Of a stretch of DNA of 19,759 nt, positions 14,716-19,759 are shown one piece after another. The stretch's first letter is position 1, and every line of letters starts with the position of its first letter. The notes below the pieces were generated by a model. It was not told where the DNA came from. It ran no database searches and saw only the letters and a list, made by a program, of their open reading frames with translations. A program made the translations under genes and the position numbers. Location of the stretch: contig JAJPHT010000009.1 in the NCBI GenBank assembly GCA_021325135.1, forward strand, positions 1-19,759, given 5' to 3'. Origin of the DNA: Pseudomonadota bacterium. GTDB taxonomy: Archaea > Thermoplasmatota > SW-10-69-26 > JACQPN01 > JAJPHT01.

Positions 14716-15573
14716 ATGGCCGAGAAGCCGACGATGCCGCCGCAGCACCAGGAGCGCCAGCCGGGCCGCACGCGCGAGATGCATCCGCGGCCGCAGGACC
14801 GCATGGAGCGCTACAAGGCCGCGGGCAAGCTCCAGGGGCGCAAGGCAATCGTGACCGGCGGCGACTCGGGCATCGGGCGCGCGATCGCCATCGGCTTCGC
14901 CAAGGAGGGCGCGGACGTCGCCATCGTCTACCTCGAAGAGAAGGAGGACGCCCAGGAGACGAAGCGCCTCGTGGAGGCCGAGGGGCGCCGCTGCCTCGCC
15001 TTCGCGGGCGACGTGGGGCGCGAGGCCTTCTGCCGCGAGGTCGTCGCGCGCGCCGTCGAAGGGCTGGGCGGGCTTGACGTCCTCGTGAACAACGCGGCCG
15101 AGCAGCACGTCACCAAGAGCCTGGAGGAGCTTGGCGAGGAGCAGCTCGTCAAGACGTTCCGCACCAACCTCTTCGGCTACGTCTTCATGGCCAAGGCCGC
15201 GCTGCCGCACCTGCGCGAAGGCGCCGCCATCGTGAACACGGCCTCCATCACGGCCTACGAGGGCAACAAGCTCCTCCTGGACTACAGCAGCACCAAGGGC
15301 GCGGTCGTGAGCTTCACGCGCTCGCTGGCGACGCAGCTCGCCGAGCGCAAGATCCGCGTCAACGCCGTGGCGCCGGGACCCATCTGGACGCCGCTGATCC
15401 CCTCCTCCTACGACGAGGAGCACGTGAAGCGGTTCGGGTCGGACACGCTCCTGAAGCGCCCCGGCCAGCCCGACGAGGTGGCGCCCGCGTTCGTCTTCCT
15501 GGCGAGCGACGACGCCTCCTTCTTCACTGGGCAGGTGCTCCATCCCAATGGTGGAGAATTCTTGACGACCTGA
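14716..15573 (+). CDS. Classical SDR oxidoreductase (YdaD/YhdF-like general stress type)
   Basis: PPQHQERQPG N-terminus, TGGDSGIGRA, LVNNAAEQ, YSSTK and VAPGPIWTPLIP. Confidence 0.93.
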   Translation: MAEKPTMPPQHQERQPGRTREMHPRPQDRMERYKAAGKLQGRKAIVTGGDSGIGRAIAIGFAKEGADVAIVYLEEKEDAQETKRLVEAEGRRCLAFAGDVGREAFCREVVARAVEGLGGLDVLVNNAAEQHVTKSLEELGEEQLVKTFRTNLFGYVFMAKAALPHLREGAAIVNTASITAYEGNKLLLDYSSTKGAVVSFTRSLATQLAERKIRVNAVAPGPIWTPLIPSSYDEEHVKRFGSDTLLKRPGQPDEVAPAFVFLASDDASFFTGQVLHPNGGEFLTT

Positions 15574-15635
15574 CGGGACGTGAGCCCGCCGGGGCCAACC
15601 TTAATCAAGGGTTTCCCCATCGCGCGTCGGTTCGC

Positions 15636-16970
15636 ATGCCGGTGACGGTCGTCGTGGGCGCCCAGTGGGGCGACGAGGGGAAGGGCAAGGTCACCGACTT
15701 CCTGGCGGCGCAGGCCGACGTGGTCGCGCGATATCAGGGCGGCAACAACGCCGGGCACACCGTCGTCGCCAACGGCGTCGAGCACAAGCTCCACCTCCTC
15801 CCCAGCGGCGTCATCCACGAGGGCGTCACCAACGTCGTGGGCAACGGCCTCGTCGTCGACCCCGCGGTGCTCCTCTCCGAGCTGAAGGGGCTCCAGTCCA
15901 AGGGCATCCGCCCCAAGCTGGCCGTGAGCGACCGCGCCGCGGTCATCCTCCCCCTCCACCGCGCGCTGGACGGCGCCTCCGAGGACGCGGGCGCCGGCAT
16001 CGGCACCACGCGCCGCGGCATCGGGCCCGCGTATGTGGACAAGGTGGGCCGCGTGGGCGTCCGCATGGGCGACCTCGTCGACCCCCGCGCGCTGCGCGCC
16101 AGGCTGGAGGCGCTCGTCCCCGAGAAGCTGGCACTCCTCGCGCACCGCAAGGCGGGCCTCCCCGGCCACGACCTCCAGGCGCTCCTGCGCGACCCCGCGC
16201 CCTACGTCGAGGAATTGGCCAAGGAGTACGCGGGCCACGGCGAGGCGCTCGCCGACAAGATCACCGACACCGTGGCGCTCCTCCACGAGTCGCTGGAGCG
16301 CAACGAGGAGATCGTCCTCGAAGGCGCGCAGGGCACCTTCCTCGACGTGGACCACGGGACGTACCCCTACGTCACCAGCAGCAACACCACCGCGGGCGGC
16401 GCGTGCACCGGCACCGGCATCCCGCCCACCGTCATCGACAGCGTGTTCGGCATCGTGAAGGCCTACACCACGCGCGTCGGCGGCGGCCCCTTCGTCACCG
16501 AGCTGGACTGGCAGCAGGGCGCCGGCAAGCACCTCACCGACGTGGGCCACGAGTTCGGCACCACCACGGGCCGGCGCCGCCGCACGGGCTGGCTGGACCT
16601 CGTCCTCCTGCGCCGCGCTGCGCAGGTCAACGGCATGACCAGCATCGCCCTCACGAAGCTCGACGTGCTGGGCGGCCTCCCCGAGATCCAGGTCTGCGTC
16701 GCCTACAACGTCAACGGCATGGAGACCAACAAGCTCCCCGCGCGCACCGAGGACCTCGCCATCGCGAAGCCGGTCTACGAGACGTTCCCCGGCTTCGAGC
16801 CCCTCCCCAAGGCCACCATCAGCAAGGCCGCCCGCGAGGGCCTCTCCGCCCTGCCCACCGAGGCGCGCCGCTACGTCGAGGCCCTGGAGGACGCCCTGGA
16901 CGTGCCCATCGAGATCGTCGGTCTGGGCCCCGCCCGCGAGCAGACGGTCGACCGAAGGGTCCACGGGTGA
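15636..16970 (+). CDS. purA: Adenylosuccinate synthetase
   Basis: GAQWGDEGKGK, RYQGGNNAGHT, EGAQG..LDVDHGTYPYVTSS, EFGTTTGRRRRTGWLD and TKLDVL. Confidence 0.98.
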   Translation: MPVTVVVGAQWGDEGKGKVTDFLAAQADVVARYQGGNNAGHTVVANGVEHKLHLLPSGVIHEGVTNVVGNGLVVDPAVLLSELKGLQSKGIRPKLAVSDRAAVILPLHRALDGASEDAGAGIGTTRRGIGPAYVDKVGRVGVRMGDLVDPRALRARLEALVPEKLALLAHRKAGLPGHDLQALLRDPAPYVEELAKEYAGHGEALADKITDTVALLHESLERNEEIVLEGAQGTFLDVDHGTYPYVTSSNTTAGGACTGTGIPPTVIDSVFGIVKAYTTRVGGGPFVTELDWQQGAGKHLTDVGHEFGTTTGRRRRTGWLDLVLLRRAAQVNGMTSIALTKLDVLGGLPEIQVCVAYNVNGMETNKLPARTEDLAIAKPVYETFPGFEPLPKATISKAAREGLSALPTEARRYVEALEDALDVPIEIVGLGPAREQTVDRRVHG

Positions 16971-17035
16971 ACGGTGAGCAGGAAACCAGGTTCGCACGCC
17001 CAAAGATTATAGGGGAGAGCGAACTTCGGAGCATC

Positions 17036-17088
17036 AGGCCGGGGCCTGAAGCCTCCTCGCACAACCTTCTCCCCCGGCCTTCCTTTTC
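17036..17088 (+). ncRNA. Putative ~45-50-nt small RNA with anti-SD loop
   Basis: CAAAGATTATA promoter (hexamer 17006-17011) lies exactly 24 nt before a 9-bp stem, AGGCCGGGG / CCCCGGCCT. The 27-nt C/U-rich loop contains CCUCCU. TCCTTTT tail. No credible ORF. Confidence 0.55.
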
Positions 17089-17141
17089 CAACCCTTCAAT
17101 CGGCGCGGTGGTTCGTACCGGTCAAGGCTCTGCACGGGTGG

Positions 17142-17180
17142 GCCCGGGCGTGCACGCCCGGGCGCAGGCGTGCCCGCCTG
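17142..17180. repeat. Perfect 22-bp palindrome plus adjacent hairpin
   Basis: GCCCGGGCGTGCACGCCCGGGC (17142-17163) and CAGGCG-TGCC-CGCCTG (17165-17180), just past the stop of the 17190-17480 gene. Confidence 0.6.
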
Positions 17181-17189
17181 GCCGCGCCC

Positions 17190-17480
17190 TCACTCGCGCC
17201 CGCGGACAAGCTGCACGATCAGCACGACGAGCGCGATGAGCAGCGTCGTGTGGATGAGGATGTGGTCCGTCTCCTCAGGGGACCAGGGCAGGTCGATGAC
17301 GTCGCCCAGGAAGTGGAGGCTCGTTCCGGCGACGATGACGCCCAGGAAGGGGGCCCACGCGCCGTCGGCCTTGCCTTCGGCGGCGAGTCGGCGCAGCTTC
17401 ACGAAGGCGTAGAGGCTGGCGGCGAGGGCGCCCGCGTTGAGGTAGATGATGGGTCCCGAGAGCTCTTCGACGCCGGCCAT
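17190..17480 (-). CDS. Small 3-TM hypothetical membrane protein, 96 aa
   Basis: Three hydrophobic helices, high GC3, His residues at or in the helices (SLHFLGD, DHILIH). Confidence 0.75.
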   Translation of the reverse strand: MAGVEELSGPIIYLNAGALAASLYAFVKLRRLAAEGKADGAWAPFLGVIVAGTSLHFLGDVIDLPWSPEETDHILIHTTLLIALVVLIVQLVRGRE

Positions 17481-17590
17481 GGCGCGCGGCCAACGGCGAG
17501 CCGGTCATTTGGCGCTTTCCATGGCTCGCCGACGAACCGGCCAGGGGCTTCTTGGCCGCCGCGCTCCGAGGCGCGCGCGGTGAACTAGAC

Positions 17591-17890
17591 ATGGCCATTC
17601 CTTGGGGACTCGTGGTCTTCCTCGTGGGCATCGCATACGGCTGGCTCTCGCCTGGGCGCCAGAACAAGGGGCGCATCTTCCGCGACGGCCTCCTCTGGGG
17701 GCTCCTCGTCGCGGTGGTGGTCGCGCTCCTGGGGTTCTTCTTCAACGCGAACCCGCTGGGTCTCGGCGACGTGGGCTTCCTGAGCCTCTTCGTGAGCTTC
17801 GTCGTGCTGACGCTCGTCTTCATCCTGGGCGTCTGGATCGGCGACATGATCGAGGGGCGCGGCGCGACGCGGCGTATGCGGCGCGTCTAG
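17591..17890 (+). CDS. Small 3-TM hypothetical membrane protein, 99 aa
   Basis: SD GGTGA before ATG 17591. Hydrophobic segments with YGWLSPGRQNK and FILGVWIGDMIE; high GC3. Confidence 0.8.
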   Translation: MAIPWGLVVFLVGIAYGWLSPGRQNKGRIFRDGLLWGLLVAVVVALLGFFFNANPLGLGDVGFLSLFVSFVVLTLVFILGVWIGDMIEGRGATRRMRRV

Positions 17891-17891
17891 A

Positions 17892-17920
17892 AGCCGTTTC
17901 AGCCGTTTCGTAGCCGTTTC
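17892..17920 (+). repeat. Three direct copies of AGCCGTTTC
   Basis: Exact copies at 17892, 17901 and 17912. Confidence 0.75.
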
Positions 17921-17967
17921 GCGACCTTGCCTGTCGTCGTTGAAGTCGCCGCAGCGACTTCACACGC

Positions 17968-18055
17968 GGGGGTTTCAGGGGGCGGCAGCCCCCTGACGTT
18001 TCGGCTCTCTGATCAGCGATCAAAACGTCAGGGGGCTTCGCCCCCTGAAACCCCC
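17968..18055. repeat. REPIN-like doublet, copy 3
   Basis: GGGGGTTTCAGGGGGC-loop-GCCCCCTGACGTTT at 17968-18001 and its inverse at 18023-18055 are identical except for the loop; 21-nt spacer. Confidence 0.82.
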
Positions 18056-18933
18056 TAGGTGGGCCCGAACTTCAGCCCGTAGCGCGTGCGCCCCTCCTGA
18101 TCGAAGAGGCGGCGCACGACGGGCCGGAGCTTCGCTCCGATGGGCGGCGCGTCCTCGCCCACGTCCGCGAGGCGCGCGGTGACCTTGACACCCTGTCCGG
18201 GCCACGCGACGACGCCCACCCAGTAGGCGCCCACCTGCGCCTGCTCCAGGGCGAACTCGCTGGGCGCGCCGCCGCGGCCGATGCGCGTCGCGGCGTACAG
18301 CTCCGCCTCGTGGGGGAGCGTGACGTCGTCGAACGCGCGGTCGCGGCAGGCGGGGCACGCGCCGCGGGGCGGGTAGAGCGTCCTGCCGCACGAGCGGCAG
18401 CGCTGCGCGACGAGGCGGAGGCGCGCGGGGAGGTCCTCGACCCACGTCCCCTGGGGCACGTAGGCGCCCATGGGCGAGTCGGGGATCTCCTCCGCGGGCG
18501 GCACGCGGCGCGACTCCTGGAGCGCGCGCAGGGCGCTGACCATGCGCGGCCTGGGCGCGACGGAGCGCGGCGGGCCCGCCTGCTCGACGGGCCCGGGCGG
18601 GCCCTCCACGAGGCACGCGACGGCCCACGCCTCGTCGCCGCCCAGCAGCAGCGTGGGCCCGTCAAGGTCCGCGCTGGCTGCCATGGGGTCGGCGATGGTC
18701 CGGATGGGGATTTTGATGTCGAGCGCCGCGGCGAGGGTGGCGGCGTCCAGCTTGGGGGAGGCCAGGACGTGCCGGGCGTCGTGATATCGGAGGTGGGAGG
18801 CGGCCTCGATGGCCAGGGTCGTGAGGTCCTCGTCCCAGGCCAGGGCGCGCTCGGGCACGGGGTCGTCGCTCGTCTTGGGGTCGACGGACAGCGAGCCCAT
18901 GGCGCGCGCGGCGTCGACGATGCGGCGTGCCAT
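18055..18933 (-). CDS. Degenerate HMG-CoA-synthase-like N-terminal domain fused to DUF35 (Zn-ribbon plus OB-fold)
   Basis: N-terminal ERALAWDEDLTTLAIEAA; C-terminal CRSCG..YPPR..CPAC followed by an OB-fold ending RYGLKF. Starts 1 nt after the thiolase stop codon. Confidence 0.85.
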   Translation of the reverse strand: MARRIVDAARAMGSLSVDPKTSDDPVPERALAWDEDLTTLAIEAASHLRYHDARHVLASPKLDAATLAAALDIKIPIRTIADPMAASADLDGPTLLLGGDEAWAVACLVEGPPGPVEQAGPPRSVAPRPRMVSALRALQESRRVPPAEEIPDSPMGAYVPQGTWVEDLPARLRLVAQRCRSCGRTLYPPRGACPACRDRAFDDVTLPHEAELYAATRIGRGGAPSEFALEQAQVGAYWVGVVAWPGQGVKVTARLADVGEDAPPIGAKLRPVVRRLFDQEGRTRYGLKFGPT

Positions 18934-18934
18934 C

Positions 18935-19759
18935 TCAGCCCCTCCGGAAGACGTGGACCGCGCACGTCGCGCCGCTGCCGCCCACGTTGTGCGTGAGCGC
19001 GACCTCGGCGCCGCGCACCTGCCGCGCGCCGGCGTGCCCCTGGAGCTGCTCGAACGCCTCGACGGCCTGTCCCGCGCCGGTGGCGCCCAGGGGGTGGCCC
19101 TTGGCCTTGAGGCCGCCGCTGGGGTTGACCGTGATATCGTGCGCCTCCCGCGCGAAGCGGCCCCCCTCGCCCTTGGCGCAGAAGCCCAGGTCCTCCGTCG
19201 CGAGCACCTCCGCGATGGTGAAGCAGTCGTGGACCTCCGCCAGGTCGATATCGGAAGGACCGACGCCCGCCTCGGCGTAGGCCTGCCGCGACGCGCGCGC
19301 GGTGGCCTCCAGCGTCGTCATGCTGGGCCGGTCGTGGACGGCGAGGAAGTCGGTGGCCGCGCCCGAGCCGTCGATCCACACGGGCGTGTCGGTGTAGCGG
19401 CGCGCGACCTTCTCGGAGGCGACGAGGACGACCGCCGCGCCGTCCGTCGTGCTGCAGCAGTCGAACATGGAGAGCGGGCTGGCCACCATGGGGGACGCGA
19501 GCGCCTTCTCCAGCGTGATCGCCTTCTGGAACTGCGCCTTGGGGTTCTTCGCGCCGTTGGCGTGGTTCTTCACCGCGACGTGGGCGAGGTCCTCGCGGGT
19601 GGTGCCGAACTCGTGGAAGTGGCGCGCCGCCATCATGGCGTAGACGCCGGGGAACGTCGCGCCCGCCATGCGCTCCCAGGGCGTGTCGCCCGAGACGCCC
19701 AGCCAGTAGCGCTTGTGGATGCCGCCCACGTCGTTCATCTTCTCGAAGCCGCCCACGAG
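18935..19759 (-). CDS. Archaeal/SCP2-type thiolase (acetyl-CoA acetyltransferase), 5' end outside the window
   Basis: VKNHANGAKNPKAQ, DCCSTTDGAA, AEVHDCFT, VNPSGGLKAKGHPLGATG and HNVGG motifs. Confidence 0.95.
   Translation of the reverse strand, partial: LVGGFEKMNDVGGIHKRYWLGVSGDTPWERMAGATFPGVYAMMAARHFHEFGTTREDLAHVAVKNHANGAKNPKAQFQKAITLEKALASPMVASPLSMFDCCSTTDGAAVVLVASEKVARRYTDTPVWIDGSGAATDFLAVHDRPSMTTLEATARASRQAYAEAGVGPSDIDLAEVHDCFTIAEVLATEDLGFCAKGEGGRFAREAHDITVNPSGGLKAKGHPLGATGAGQAVEAFEQLQGHAGARQVRGAEVALTHNVGGSGATCAVHVFRRG

Noticed and set aside
12019-15543. Very long ORFs of 881 aa and 1016 aa, and other long R/G/A/P-rich overlapping ORFs throughout the window
   Set aside because: Shadow frames caused by high GC content. 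Only the 3' portions (13912-14664 and 12493-13800) carry family motifs; the same applies to 4448..6226 and 1845..3161.
15636-16970. Long, bacterial-length PurA as a sign of recent horizontal transfer
   Set aside because: Long-form PurA is known in several euryarchaeal groups, and its codon usage and promoter match the rest of the window.
17106-17120. T-arm-like GGTTCG hairpin suggesting a tRNA
   Set aside because: No cloverleaf, anticodon arm or acceptor stem around it.
17892-18055. CRISPR array
   Set aside because: The repeats are 9-mers or inverted pairs with no regular unique spacers, and there are no cas genes in the window.

Overview
High-GC archaeal chromosome segment. Archaeal origin is supported by a group II chaperonin (thermosome), ABCE1/RLI, a thiolase next to a DUF35 gene, and TATA-type promoters; a Thermoplasmatota-like or euryarchaeal lineage is my inference. 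There are about 17 protein genes: thermosome, an ABC-2 exporter pair, a PKD lipoprotein, an EamA transporter, an S8 protease, ABCE1, an Asp-box lipoprotein, a polyprenol-kinase-family protein, an SDR, purA, an HMGS-like/DUF35 fusion, a partial thiolase and several hypotheticals. The most interesting signal is non-coding. Five genes show a TATA-like hexamer exactly 24 nt upstream of the start codon, which gives an internal ruler for transcription starts. The same ruler predicts two free-standing small RNAs (6339->6238 on the minus strand, 17036->17080 on the plus strand). Each has a closed GC-rich terminal stem, exposed UCC/anti-Shine-Dalgarno motifs and a pyrimidine tail. The second can form a 12-bp duplex over the SD of the secreted protein gene at 8864. 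The first lies directly downstream of an orphan basic 113-aa protein that has a structured leader. A family of REP/REPIN-like GGGGGC-loop-GCCCCC palindromes occupies three intergenic regions. All functional interpretations are inferences from sequence alone.
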